In this document: in pieces, positions 27,592 to 37,431 of the stretch
How positions within the stretch are numbered: position 1 is the stretch's first letter
Layout: each line of letters opens with the position of its first letter
Assembly (NCBI GenBank): GCA_001776785.1
Contig: MFDF01000008.1
Location: forward strand, 18,443 to 82,442
Length of the DNA: 64,000 nt
Reading direction: 5' to 3'
Source of the DNA: Candidatus Daviesbacteria bacterium RIFCSPHIGHO2_12_FULL_37_16
Lineage (GTDB): Bacteria > Patescibacteriota > Microgenomatia > Daviesbacterales > UBA10151
Position numbers and translations under genes: made by a program
Notes under the pieces: generated by a model
Seen by the model: the letters and a program-made list of their open reading frames with translations, nothing else
What the model was told of the DNA's origin: nothing
The model's database searches: none

Positions 27592-27830
27592 AAGTCACAG
27601 TCTACTCAACAACTACTTGTCCTTTTTGCAGAATGCTCCGGGACTATCTTTATTCAAAAAGTATCCAATATGAAGATGTTTTACTTGAAGAACACCCTGA
27701 TAGGGTTGATGAGGCTGTATCCAACTCTGCTCACATGGGAGTCCCTGTGACTGTAGTTATAAATGATGATGGTTCTAAACAAACAGTAATAGGGTTTAAT
27801 AAAGAAAAACTGGATCAGATTTTCAAGTAA
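27588..27830 (+). CDS. glutaredoxin-like protein (NrdH/Grx family)
   Basis: CPFC active site, 80 aa thioredoxin fold. Confidence 0.75.
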   Translation: MKVTVYSTTTCPFCRMLRDYLYSKSIQYEDVLLEEHPDRVDEAVSNSAHMGVPVTVVINDDGSKQTVIGFNKEKLDQIFK

Positions 27831-28696
27831 TTTCCTAAAAGAATTATTCCTCCCAATAGTCCATTGTCATCTCCAAGTTTAGAAAACTCTATTTTAGGGG
27901 CCTTATAAATCTCTAATTTTTTTTGAGTGAATTTTACTAAAGGTTTAGTAAACTTTTCTCCAGCTTTAATTAAACTTCCCCCAATCACCAAAACATCAGG
28001 AGTCCACATAGTAATGACATTTACTAAACCTACAGAAACAGTTTCAGCATGTTCTTCCCAGATCCTCCCGTCTCCGCAGTTTTCTGGTTTTACCCCATAA
28101 GTTATCTCAAATGCACTCCCGGACCCTAAGCTTTCAAAACACCCCTTTTGCCCGCAGCCTGGCCAAAACCTGCCTTTGGGGTCTATAATCATATGCCCTG
28201 GTTCAAAAGGAGTGGCATGGTAGTCAACACTGCCATCAACTATTCTTGCTCCTCCAATCCCTGTGGATAAGGTTATATATGCAACTATTTTAGACTTTTT
28301 TCTTTTACTTGCTTCAGCTATCCCAGCCAGTGCTGCATCATTTTCTAAATAAACTTTTGTCCTAAGCCTTAGCTCAAGCTCTTTTCTTAAAAGATGCCCA
28401 GACCAGCTGGGCAGAGCAGGAACTTTAATTAAACTCCCTTTTTCATAATCAATCGGGCTGGCAGCTCCTACAGCAATGGAATGGGGAATATGGTGGTTTG
28501 TTAGCTCCTCGATCTTTTCCTCAATTAAATCTATCCCATCGTCATATTTTTTTGGAGTTAAAAAACTTACTTTTTTATCAATTTTCCTGCCATTTTTGGA
28601 AACTGCAATGCGGGTATTAGTACCACCAATATCAACAGACAGAAACATTATAAAAATAAGTTTACAACCTACTAACTTTTTTGTATAGTGAATCAA
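27815..28696 (-). CDS. ROK-family sugar kinase (glucokinase-like)
   Basis: LSVDIGGTNTRIA ATPase motif, ROK zinc motif PGCGQKGCFESLGSG. Confidence 0.75.
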   Translation of the reverse strand: MIHYTKKLVGCKLIFIMFLSVDIGGTNTRIAVSKNGRKIDKKVSFLTPKKYDDGIDLIEEKIEELTNHHIPHSIAVGAASPIDYEKGSLIKVPALPSWSGHLLRKELELRLRTKVYLENDAALAGIAEASKRKKSKIVAYITLSTGIGGARIVDGSVDYHATPFEPGHMIIDPKGRFWPGCGQKGCFESLGSGSAFEITYGVKPENCGDGRIWEEHAETVSVGLVNVITMWTPDVLVIGGSLIKAGEKFTKPLVKFTQKKLEIYKAPKIEFSKLGDDNGLLGGIILLGNYLKI

Positions 28697-29659
28697 GTGA
28701 AAATAGGTTACATTGGTTTAGGCAGAATGGGAAAAAACATGGTGCTCCGCTTACTGGAGCAGGGGATAGAAGTTGTAGCCTGGAATAGGTCACCTGAACC
28801 TATTGAAGATATAAAAAATCAAATATCAAAAAGTAAAAATACAGATCAAAAATTAAAAATTGCAAATGATCTTGAGGAATTAGTTAATAGTTTGGAAAAA
28901 CCTAGGGTAATTTGGCTGATGTTGCCTGCTGGCGGAGTCACTGACCAGTTTATTGGTAAATTACTTCCATTGTTATCTGCTGGGGATCTACTGATAGATG
29001 GTGCGAACTCTTTTTATAAAGACACACTAAGAAGATCCAGCGAATTATTAAAAAGCGGCATTCATTTTATGGATATTGGTGTTTCAGGTGGCCCTGCAGG
29101 TGCCCGCTCTGGAGCCTGTTTAATGATTGGTGGCTCCAGTGAAGATTTTGAAAAAATAAAAGATTTGGCAAAAGCTGCAGGAGCTCCTGGGGCTTATCAG
29201 CACCTGGGTGCTCAAGGCTCTGGCCATTTAGCTAAAATGGTCCATAATGCAATTGAATATGGAATGATGGAGTCTTTAGGAGAGGGTTTAGCAATATTAA
29301 AACACTCAGAGTTTAAATATGATTTCTCCAGGCTTTTAGATCTTTATAACCATAAATCAGTAATTGAATCAAGGCTGGTTGGTTGGGCCAAAGAAGCTTT
29401 TGATGAAGACCCAAATTTATCTGATATATCTTCAATAATTGGTTCTGGTGGTGCAGGGAAGGAAAGGATTAAAGCAGAAGGGGATTGGACTATCGAGCTT
29501 GCCCAAAAGTTAGGTGTTGATGCACCTTCAATAGAAGCTTCAATGAAAGTCAGGTCAGACTCCTCAAATGTTGAAGAATCCTCTCCCAATGGATTTAGAA
29601 ACAAAGTAGTGTCTGCCCTAAGGGGCAAATTTGGTGCTCATGCTGTTAAAAAATCCTAA
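28688..29659 (+). CDS. gnd: 6-phosphogluconate dehydrogenase, short (~300 aa) NAD(P)-binding form
   Basis: IGYIGLGRMGKNMV Rossmann motif, GVSGG, HLAKMVHNAIEYG. Confidence 0.8.
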   Translation: MNQVKIGYIGLGRMGKNMVLRLLEQGIEVVAWNRSPEPIEDIKNQISKSKNTDQKLKIANDLEELVNSLEKPRVIWLMLPAGGVTDQFIGKLLPLLSAGDLLIDGANSFYKDTLRRSSELLKSGIHFMDIGVSGGPAGARSGACLMIGGSSEDFEKIKDLAKAAGAPGAYQHLGAQGSGHLAKMVHNAIEYGMMESLGEGLAILKHSEFKYDFSRLLDLYNHKSVIESRLVGWAKEAFDEDPNLSDISSIIGSGGAGKERIKAEGDWTIELAQKLGVDAPSIEASMKVRSDSSNVEESSPNGFRNKVVSALRGKFGAHAVKKS

Positions 29660-29689
29660 TTCGTAGTAAAATTTCTCTGTTTAAAAATT

Positions 29690-30304
29690 ATGTCAGAAAC
29701 AGCAAACTCCAATCCTATTGATAAATTTTCTCCTGAAGAAATAGAAGCTATCCTGAAGCATAGAGCAAGGCTTTTAGCTATTAGAGGTGAGGACCCTGAG
29801 AGTGTAAAATTATCAGAAGAAGAACAGTCTAAAAAATTAGCAATGGGTAGGAAAAAGTTTCATAGGGTTCACGCAAAAATGGAATTTGATGATGAACATT
29901 TTCACCAAAGAAATGAGGAGTTAATAGCTTTTGCATCAGGATTTATTAAAAATAGTGCCAACAGAAATGAAAAAAAAATAAAAGGAAATTTATCCGAGTA
30001 CTTAATTTTACCAGTTAACAAAGATAATACAGGCTATTCTTTAAGAAGAAGTCTTATGCGTTACAAAGAAGGAGAAAGCGAAGGAGTAATCGTTTTGATA
30101 GAACAAATAATCATTCCAAATCCAGAATTTAAGATTATGATATCTTCTTATCTAGGTTATGGGGCATTTTATCAAAGGGGGGCCCTAGGTAAAACCCAGA
30201 CTTTGTCTGTTGACTTAACTAGAGATGATCCAACTACACATACATATGAGGCTTTGAGAGAGTTCACAAGGGTAGAACGAATACTAAATGATCTGAGAAA
30301 ATGA
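29690..30304 (+). CDS. hypothetical protein between gnd and zwf
   Basis: ORF only; operon position where pgl/opcA often sit. Confidence 0.4.
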   Translation: MSETANSNPIDKFSPEEIEAILKHRARLLAIRGEDPESVKLSEEEQSKKLAMGRKKFHRVHAKMEFDDEHFHQRNEELIAFASGFIKNSANRNEKKIKGNLSEYLILPVNKDNTGYSLRRSLMRYKEGESEGVIVLIEQIIIPNPEFKIMISSYLGYGAFYQRGALGKTQTLSVDLTRDDPTTHTYEALREFTRVERILNDLRK

Positions 30305-30308
30305 TTAC

Positions 30309-31781
30309 TTAGATCTTGCAATAAAGCATATTTGGTTCAATCCACTTTCTTTCATCTTTTTCTATCAACTCATCTGCCTCTTTTGGCCCCCAGCTGCCAG
30401 CCTGATACTTAAAGATTTTGCTTTTTGCATTAGACAAAGGATCCACAAAAGCCCATTGTGCTTCAACCTCAGATGCATCATTAAAAAAGGTCTGGTCTCC
30501 TCTTATAGCATCTGCAATTAGTCTTTCATATGGATCAGGGAAATAGTGGCTGTGTGGGTCTAGTTTGAAGCAAAACTCCATTACAGAAGGCTCCAGTTCA
30601 ATTTTGTGTCCAGGTTTTTTGGTTAAGACCTCCATAATTATCCCTTCATTTGGTTGGATTCTGTAAGTTAAATAATTTGGTTCCATACCTGACTTTAAAT
30701 TTTTAAAAAGCCTGTTCTCTGGAATCTTAAAAACTATAACTATTTCAGTTACAGTTTGTTTTAACTTTTTCCCTGCCCTTATATATACTGGTACATTTCT
30801 AAACCTGTCATTTTCAATAAAGGCCTTAAATGCATAAAAAGTGTCTGTTTGGGAATTTGCTTCAACATTTTCCTCATTTAGATATCCCTCATATTGTCCA
30901 AAAACAACTTCTTCAGGCAAAGGTTTTAAAGCTTGCAAGATTTTTAACCTCTCTTGTGTCACAGCCTGGTTACTAAACTGGCTTGGAGCATCCATTGTGG
31001 CAAAAGCCAGCATTTGCAGCTGGTGGTTTTGTCCAACATCCTTTAGAGCCCCAACTTTGTCATAATATCCCCCCCGCCTTCCTATCCCAAAATCCTCTGC
31101 AGCAGTAATCTGGATATGGTCTATATAATCTTTGTTAATTAAAGGTTCAAAAATCCCATTTCCAAACCTGAAAGTTAAAATATTTTGTAAAGTCTCTTTC
31201 CCTAAATAATGGTCTAACCTGTAAATCTGGTCTTCATTAAAATATTTTAGTAAAAGAGAGTTTAATTTTTTGGCAGACTCCAGATCACTTCCAATTGGTT
31301 TTTCAATCATTAACCTTACATAGCCACTTTCTTGTTTGTTTAGGTCAAACTTTTGCACATTCTCAAAAATATCTGCATAAAGGTCTGGGTATGTTGCCAA
31401 ATAAAAGATCCTGTTCTCACAAGGATGCCCATGTCCTGATAATTCATCTAAATAATCTTTAAGCTTTTGGTAAAACTTGGAATCATCTAAATTCCCATTA
31501 ACATAATGTAGCCTTTGGCAAAGGTCATTAAATACTTCCTCTTTTATTTCATGCTGGTGGTGGATATTTTCTGTATTTAAAACTTTCTTAAAATATTCTT
31601 TAAATTCCTCACTGCTCATTTCCTTCCTGGCTGTGCCAATAATTGTCATGCCCGGAGGTAAAAGCCCTTTTTCAGCCATGTCATAAAGTGCTGGAATAAG
31701 CTTAATTTGAGCTAAATTAGAAGTAATCCCAAAAATTATTAATGCAAAAGAGTCCATGAAGACTATTATAGCTATTGCCAA
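30309..31781 (-). CDS. zwf: glucose-6-phosphate 1-dehydrogenase
   Basis: IIFGITSNLAQIKLIPALY, IEKPIGSDLESA, DHYLGKE, RFGN motifs. Confidence 0.9.
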   Translation of the reverse strand: MAIAIIVFMDSFALIIFGITSNLAQIKLIPALYDMAEKGLLPPGMTIIGTARKEMSSEEFKEYFKKVLNTENIHHQHEIKEEVFNDLCQRLHYVNGNLDDSKFYQKLKDYLDELSGHGHPCENRIFYLATYPDLYADIFENVQKFDLNKQESGYVRLMIEKPIGSDLESAKKLNSLLLKYFNEDQIYRLDHYLGKETLQNILTFRFGNGIFEPLINKDYIDHIQITAAEDFGIGRRGGYYDKVGALKDVGQNHQLQMLAFATMDAPSQFSNQAVTQERLKILQALKPLPEEVVFGQYEGYLNEENVEANSQTDTFYAFKAFIENDRFRNVPVYIRAGKKLKQTVTEIVIVFKIPENRLFKNLKSGMEPNYLTYRIQPNEGIIMEVLTKKPGHKIELEPSVMEFCFKLDPHSHYFPDPYERLIADAIRGDQTFFNDASEVEAQWAFVDPLSNAKSKIFKYQAGSWGPKEADELIEKDERKWIEPNMLYCKI

Positions 31782-33118
31782 AAAAACTACAAATATGTCA
31801 AACTATTTTTGTGAGATTTAACTACTCTAATTCCCAGACTGATCCAAAAGACATAGAAAAAACTGCCAAAAAGTTAAAAGATTACATTAAGTTTTTAAAT
31901 AAAGTCGTAGAAGACAATGAGTATTCAAAAGATGAAGCCTCAATCATTCTGCCCTTTGATGATAACCTCCATGAAGAAATAAAAAGGTTGGTGTCTGTAA
32001 AATGTAATGACAGCCTAAAATATATAATTGATATAGGGATTGGAGGCTCAAATCTTGGTACAAAAGCAATTTATGACTCACTTTTAGGATTCTCAGACAT
32101 TTTAGAACCAGACAGGTTCCCTAAAATTATTTTTGCAGATACAGTAGACCCTGAGTTTTTAGAAAAAATTGGAAATTTTTTAAGAAGTATTTCATCTGGT
32201 AACGAAATCTTAATTAATGCTATCTCAAAATCTGGTACTACCACAGAAACAATAACAAACTTAGAAATAATTTTAGAAAATCTAAACATAGAAAATAAAT
32301 TCTCAAGGTTAGTTTTAACAACAGATGCAGGTTCAAAACTTGATGCTAGAGCCAAAGAGTTAGGGATCACTACCCTAAATATCCCTAAAACAGTTGGGGG
32401 CAGGTTTAGTGTTTTCTCCTCAGTAGGGCTCTTCCCACTTTTAGCCTCTGGAATAAACATAGACTTTTTATTAGATGGAGCCAGAAATATTATTCACAGG
32501 TCATTAAATGATGATACCCTCTCTAATCCTTCATTAATCTCAGCAATTATTCTCTACCATCAGCTGCAGAATGGAAAAATAATTTGTGATAACTTTTTCT
32601 TTCACCCTGAAATGGAATCAATTGGAAAATGGTACAGACAATTAATGGGTGAAAGCTTAGGTAAAGAAAAAGATTTAAAAGGGAGAACTGTAAACTCTGG
32701 TATTACCCCAACAGTTTCTTTGGGGTCAACAGACCTTCACTCAATGGCCCAGCTCTATTTTGGTGGTCCCAAAGACAAAGTTACAACCTTTGTCTATACT
32801 TCCCAGATTAATGGAAATCCCACTCTACCTCTAGATGGAGAATTTCAAAATCTTGTAGATGGAATCTCAGGTAAATCTGCATATGAGCTCATGTCTGCAA
32901 TTTATATGGGAGTAAAACAAACTTATATAAAGCGGGAAATCCCTTTTATGGAAGTTATCCTGGAAGATATCTCTGAAAAATCTTTAGGCCAATACCTCCA
33001 GTTTAAAATGATAGAGATGATGTATCTGGGAAAACTTTTAAATCTAAATACCTTTGACCAGCCAAATGTAGAAGAGTATAAAATTGAAACTAAAAAAATC
33101 TTAAATTCTTCAATGTAA
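31775..33118 (+). CDS. pgi: glucose-6-phosphate isomerase
   Basis: DIGIGGSNLG and GGRFSVFSSVG PGI signatures; start codon uncertain because it overlaps the zwf start. Confidence 0.85.
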   Translation: MPKKLQICQTIFVRFNYSNSQTDPKDIEKTAKKLKDYIKFLNKVVEDNEYSKDEASIILPFDDNLHEEIKRLVSVKCNDSLKYIIDIGIGGSNLGTKAIYDSLLGFSDILEPDRFPKIIFADTVDPEFLEKIGNFLRSISSGNEILINAISKSGTTTETITNLEIILENLNIENKFSRLVLTTDAGSKLDARAKELGITTLNIPKTVGGRFSVFSSVGLFPLLASGINIDFLLDGARNIIHRSLNDDTLSNPSLISAIILYHQLQNGKIICDNFFFHPEMESIGKWYRQLMGESLGKEKDLKGRTVNSGITPTVSLGSTDLHSMAQLYFGGPKDKVTTFVYTSQINGNPTLPLDGEFQNLVDGISGKSAYELMSAIYMGVKQTYIKREIPFMEVILEDISEKSLGQYLQFKMIEMMYLGKLLNLNTFDQPNVEEYKIETKKILNSSM

Positions 33119-33175
33119 GATATCTTACTGCAATTTTTATGCTATAGGATTATAATTTTCAAAAAATCAGGAGGG

Positions 33176-33832
33176 TTGAATATGGAAGGCAAAGATGGAG
33201 AGTATAACGATGGGAGAATTAAAAATTGTCTAACCTTACCTGGCGAAAAACTTCTGATAGCCAAAAGGCAGCATTGGTTTGTAATAATGGTCCCTTTGGT
33301 AATTTCAATAATACTAAATTTTGGATTAATAGCTATAGTTTCCTTTCTTTTTCTTATCTTTTTAAACTCAGTTGAGCTTTTAATCGCTGCAAGTCTTTTG
33401 ATTTCATCTATTTTTCTAACTGGTATAACAAAATTAATAGTAGATTGGTTTAACCATGTGTATGTTGTTACTAATAGAAAAATCTTAGAAGTAAATTATG
33501 CACCCCTATTCTCTGACGCATTAAGTGATTTATTACTTGATCAGGTTAGGACAATTGAAGTGGATATTAAAAAAGATAATATATTAAATCAACTATTTGA
33601 CATGGGTGATATCATTATCTCTTTTGATAGGCCATCAAAAGATAAGGTATTTGTTTTATCAAATATAAACAAACCAAGAGAATCAGGAATTTTTTTGGGA
33701 GATCAACTTGAGTCTGTTATGGAAAGTTCACCTGCAGGGTTTCAGAATAGTAAAAGTGATCACCCTTCAAAATTTACCCAGGATTATGTAGAGGAAAAAT
33801 ATATTGATGAAACTAAATACAGGAGGGTTTAG
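33176..33832 (+). CDS. membrane protein with bacterial PH (bPH_2/DUF304-like) domain
   Basis: GEKLLIAKRQHWFVI then two TM helices then VVTNRKILEV pattern. Confidence 0.5.
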   Translation: MNMEGKDGEYNDGRIKNCLTLPGEKLLIAKRQHWFVIMVPLVISIILNFGLIAIVSFLFLIFLNSVELLIAASLLISSIFLTGITKLIVDWFNHVYVVTNRKILEVNYAPLFSDALSDLLLDQVRTIEVDIKKDNILNQLFDMGDIIISFDRPSKDKVFVLSNINKPRESGIFLGDQLESVMESSPAGFQNSKSDHPSKFTQDYVEEKYIDETKYRRV

Positions 33833-33834
33833 AT

Positions 33835-34068
33835 ATGCAGGATATCAGATTAATTTTATTGACAATTTTTTTAATTCTTAATTTTTTAATTCTGGGATTT
33901 AATATCTTTTACAGGACTCAGGTTTTAAAATCTACTTATGAATTTGGAGCAATAATGCCTGGAGCTGTTAAAAGATTGTTATTAGCCAATATTCTACTGG
34001 TCATTTTAGGAATTATTTTTACAGCAATTTTCTTAATTAATGAATTGATATTCAGATTATTTAACTAA
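33835..34068 (+). CDS. small hypothetical membrane protein
   Basis: Two predicted TM helices, ORF only. Confidence 0.3.
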   Translation: MQDIRLILLTIFLILNFLILGFNIFYRTQVLKSTYEFGAIMPGAVKRLLLANILLVILGIIFTAIFLINELIFRLFN

Positions 34069-34446
34069 AAATCCCCTGAAAGTTTTAGTTGAAAAATATA
34101 AGGAGAGAAAAAATAAAAATGCCAGAATCTGGTTAACAGATGCATAAAGCTTTTCTGAAGTTGAAAAATAATCAACAGCAATAGTCTCAAATATAATAAA
34201 AGCTGACAGGGAGATAAAAAGGTTTATTAGTGATATCCACTTCTGCAAAGGATTAGTAAGCCCTGCAAAAAGGTCAACAGAAATAATCACAAAAATTGCA
34301 ATCCCTACTGGTACAACAATCAAATCCTTAAAAATTGGCAGGAATACAAGCATTAAAATTCCTGCAATGACAAAAATTACCCTGACTATATCCCCATAGT
34401 AGTGGGGAATTTTTTTATGCTTTTCCTCATCATCTGTTGGAAACAT
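34057..34446 (-). CDS. hypothetical membrane protein
   Basis: 3-4 TM helices. Confidence 0.35.
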   Translation of the reverse strand: MFPTDDEEKHKKIPHYYGDIVRVIFVIAGILMLVFLPIFKDLIVVPVGIAIFVIISVDLFAGLTNPLQKWISLINLFISLSAFIIFETIAVDYFSTSEKLYASVNQILAFLFFLSLYFSTKTFRGFLVK

Positions 34447-34451
34447 TTTTA

Positions 34452-34976
34452 TTACTCTCCTCCTTTTGCTTCACCTAATTTTTCAAGCTTACTTACAAGT
34501 TCCCTGTGTTCAAGCCCGCTAATATCAATTTTACTTTGTTTAACAGCAATCAGTCCCTGGATAATCCTTCTGGCCCTGACTGCATCCTTAGTCTTTAAGT
34601 TATCAACCTTAATATAAATTGGGTTTCTAACATTGCTTGAGTCTATTATCTCCAGTGTAGACAAAAAAGGGGTTGTTTGTACAGTCACATCTGTTATATC
34701 CCCAATTAAAACACTCCTGACGTGTTCAGTACCCATAAAAGTTTTACTGATTATGCTGACTTTATTCTCATCAATACACAAACAATCTGGAAAAAGATCA
34801 AAAGGGAAAACTGTTTTAACCCTGAAAAGCACATCCTGGGACCTTTCAACCAGCCCCTCCAGCTTCTCAAATTGTTTTTTCTGCTCCTCCTCGCTCTTTA
34901 TTTCTTCTTTAGCTTCTCTAATCTGACTTTGGGTAAACTCACCATCAAAAACAATCTGTCCTTTAGTTATTGGCAT
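34452..34976 (-). CDS. hypothetical protein
   Basis: ORF, close spacing with neighbours. Confidence 0.35.
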   Translation of the reverse strand: MPITKGQIVFDGEFTQSQIREAKEEIKSEEEQKKQFEKLEGLVERSQDVLFRVKTVFPFDLFPDCLCIDENKVSIISKTFMGTEHVRSVLIGDITDVTVQTTPFLSTLEIIDSSNVRNPIYIKVDNLKTKDAVRARRIIQGLIAVKQSKIDISGLEHRELVSKLEKLGEAKGGE

Positions 34977-35016
34977 AAGCTAATTATACAAAAAATTTAG
35001 ATGAGGGGATAGCTTC

Positions 35017-36183
35017 TTAAATTAATTTTTTACTTCTTAAGTCTTTGTAGAAAGAGTATCTTTCACTTATTAGCCCACCCAGCCCAAAAATTATTGCAAA
35101 AAGTCCTGCTACCCAGCCTAAGACTGGGATTGTAACCAGCGCTGCATAAATTATTAAGCCCACCACCAAAGCCCAAATAAGTGAAGTAGACTTGCCGCTT
35201 ATTGAAAATACTTTTTGACCTATAACCACTGCAATAATAATTTTTGAAAAGTAAATTAAAATTAAATATGAGGCAAGCAGTATAAAGGCTAAGGGGATAC
35301 CCACTACAGTTAAAAGCAGGATTATAAATAAAATTGGAGTCAAAATTAAAGAGATAAGTCCAACTAAAAAAGAATTCCCAGGTTTTTTAACAACTAAATC
35401 TACAGTCTTTTGGGTATAAATTGGTGCAAATTTAATAAGCAAAAACCCAATTATTAATGCAGAGATTAAAGTTATTATTTTATAAACTGCATAAAGCCCT
35501 ACAAAAAACTTAGCAATGTCTTCACCAGCCCGCCTGTTTGGGGCTTCTGATGGTGTAAACTTATTTGTTTTTCCTGAAAGCTGTGCACCTTGTTCAACTC
35601 TACCGTCATTTTGGCTCCAGTAATTTATATCACCCAATATTTGAGCTGAGGAAGCAATTGTCAGCTGTTCAACCCCTGCATAAACTGTTTTGCCAATTTT
35701 ATTTCCAATAATTAAATTACCTGCACCTGCTGTTAAGTCCCCTCCAATTTCTGAGTAAACGTTTAAATCTCCAGCGCCTGAAACTACATTGCCTGTGATT
35801 TTAGCTGTATCTGCTAAATTTACAGATCCTCCTGTAGCAGTTAAGTTTCTGCCAATAACCCCTGTTACAATTATCTCTCCCCCTGCAGCCCTGACATTTC
35901 CGGCAATATTTCCTCTTACCTGAACACTACCCCCTGCTACCAATAAATCACCATTGATAGTCCCATCTACAATAACCTTTCCTCCAGCCACATATGCATC
36001 GCCATTGACTGTTCCTGAAACTGTGACTGCTTCTCCTGCCCCAAAATAATCTGAATTTATAACTTTGTCTCTTTCTAAAATGATATTTTCCCCTGATTGA
36101 AGCTGGTCAAATGCAAGTAAGGTAGCTGGAACAAATAAAACTGACAGAAGCAGTAGTATTAAAAATACAGTCTTTTTAAACAT
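35017..36183 (-). CDS. signal peptide + bactofilin-like (polymer-forming, beta-helical G-x-V/I repeats) domain fused to a multi-TM C-terminal domain
   Basis: Repeats VSGTVNGDAYVAGGKVIVDGTINGDLLVAGGSVQVRGNIAGNVRAAGGEIIVTG...; C-terminal ~6 TM. Confidence 0.5.
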   Translation of the reverse strand: MFKKTVFLILLLLSVLFVPATLLAFDQLQSGENIILERDKVINSDYFGAGEAVTVSGTVNGDAYVAGGKVIVDGTINGDLLVAGGSVQVRGNIAGNVRAAGGEIIVTGVIGRNLTATGGSVNLADTAKITGNVVSGAGDLNVYSEIGGDLTAGAGNLIIGNKIGKTVYAGVEQLTIASSAQILGDINYWSQNDGRVEQGAQLSGKTNKFTPSEAPNRRAGEDIAKFFVGLYAVYKIITLISALIIGFLLIKFAPIYTQKTVDLVVKKPGNSFLVGLISLILTPILFIILLLTVVGIPLAFILLASYLILIYFSKIIIAVVIGQKVFSISGKSTSLIWALVVGLIIYAALVTIPVLGWVAGLFAIIFGLGGLISERYSFYKDLRSKKLI

Positions 36184-36228
36184 ACCTTTATCATAGTATA
36201 TTATACTAGTAAAAAGTAAGAAAGAGTT

Positions 36229-36711
36229 ATGAATGTTGAAGATGTTTTGAAATATGGAGATCTTACCCTTCTTAAATCACTTGAAGGGTTAAAAAATAAA
36301 GATCAGGAAAAAAAAGGTGCCTGTGGTGTCTGGTCAATAAAAGATGTCCTATCACACCTTACATCCTATGAAATAATGCTCTCAGATTTATTGGGCACTT
36401 TTTTAAATATTAAAGAACAATCTCCAACCTTGGATCTTCTGCAAAGCAGTGGGGGAGAATTTAATGATATTGAGGTAGGCAAAAGAGCAAACAAACCTTT
36501 TAGTGAGATTTTAAAAGAATATAAAAAAGCTCACTCCCAAGTTATGAAAAGAGCTAAACAGATTCCTGAAAAGATGTTATCAAAAAATGGGGCAATTCCC
36601 GGGTATGGAGATTACTATAGTTTAGAAGACTATATAGTATATAGAAATTATGGTCATAAAAGGGAACATTGTGCTCAAATTGTGGTCTTTAGGGATAATC
36701 TAAATTCTTAG
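36229..36711 (+). CDS. DinB_2 / ClbS-DfsB-like four-helix-bundle protein
   Basis: GVWSIKDVLSHLTSYE resembles the ClbS/DUF1706 and DinB_2 core. Confidence 0.45.
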   Translation: MNVEDVLKYGDLTLLKSLEGLKNKDQEKKGACGVWSIKDVLSHLTSYEIMLSDLLGTFLNIKEQSPTLDLLQSSGGEFNDIEVGKRANKPFSEILKEYKKAHSQVMKRAKQIPEKMLSKNGAIPGYGDYYSLEDYIVYRNYGHKREHCAQIVVFRDNLNS

Positions 36712-36980
36712 AGTTCAGCAAAACCGCCAGAGTCTTTAATAGTTGCTTCAATCTGTTTTAAATTTTGTTTAATAACGCTTTTTTCCTGGGTTAAGTTTGA
36801 TTTAAGGATCCCGCTGCAGTACATCTTCCACTCTTTTTCAGTTAATTTCTCTGCCTGGTCCAATACTTTAGCCCCGCCCCGGAGCCTGATGACTTTAACA
36901 ACAACTTTATGCCAAGCTTCTCTTTGCTTTTGTTTCTTAGGATTAACTGGTATTCTCACAAGTCCTCCTAAACTTGCCAA
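36708..36980 (-). CDS. hypothetical basic protein
   Basis: ORF only. Confidence 0.3.
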   Translation of the reverse strand: MASLGGLVRIPVNPKKQKQREAWHKVVVKVIRLRGGAKVLDQAEKLTEKEWKMYCSGILKSNLTQEKSVIKQNLKQIEATIKDSGGFAEL

Positions 36981-37098
36981 AATCTTTTTTATGAGCAGAC
37001 AGACAGAATAAATGAAGATTTCTAATTGCTAAGTATATCAGGTTTTAGGGTTAAATACAAATACTTGCACACTTTTATCTAAAAAGTATAATACCAGT

Positions 37099-37431
37099 AT
37101 GGCAGAGGATAAATTCCTAATTGAAGACATAAAAAAAGGTAATGGGGATGAAGTTCAAAGCGGAGATTATGTAATCATTCATTACAGTGGAACTCTAAAA
37201 GATGGAACAAAATTTGATTCATCTTATGAGCGGGGCTCCCCATTTAAAACAAGGATTGGAGTAGGGGCTGTGATAGATGGCTGGGACATGGGGGTTTTGG
37301 GGATGAAAGTTGGAGGCAAAAGAAAATTAATTATACCTGGAAAGCTTGCTTATGGAGACTCAGGAATCCCTGATGTTATCCCCCCAAATGCTACCTTGAT
37401 ATTTGAAGTAGAGTTACTGGGAATAGAATAG
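37099..37431 (+). CDS. FKBP-type peptidyl-prolyl cis-trans isomerase
   Basis: VIIHYSGTLKDGTKFDSSYERGSPFKTRIGVGAVIDGWDMGVLGMKVGGKRKLIIPGKLAYG. Confidence 0.9.
   Translation: MAEDKFLIEDIKKGNGDEVQSGDYVIIHYSGTLKDGTKFDSSYERGSPFKTRIGVGAVIDGWDMGVLGMKVGGKRKLIIPGKLAYGDSGIPDVIPPNATLIFEVELLGIE

Noticed and set aside
31775-31781. 7-nt head-to-head overlap of the zwf and pgi start codons as real
   Set aside because: More likely one or both genes use a downstream start (zwf second Met at MDSFALIIFG; pgi possibly a GTG); the overlap is probably an artefact of longest-ORF calling.
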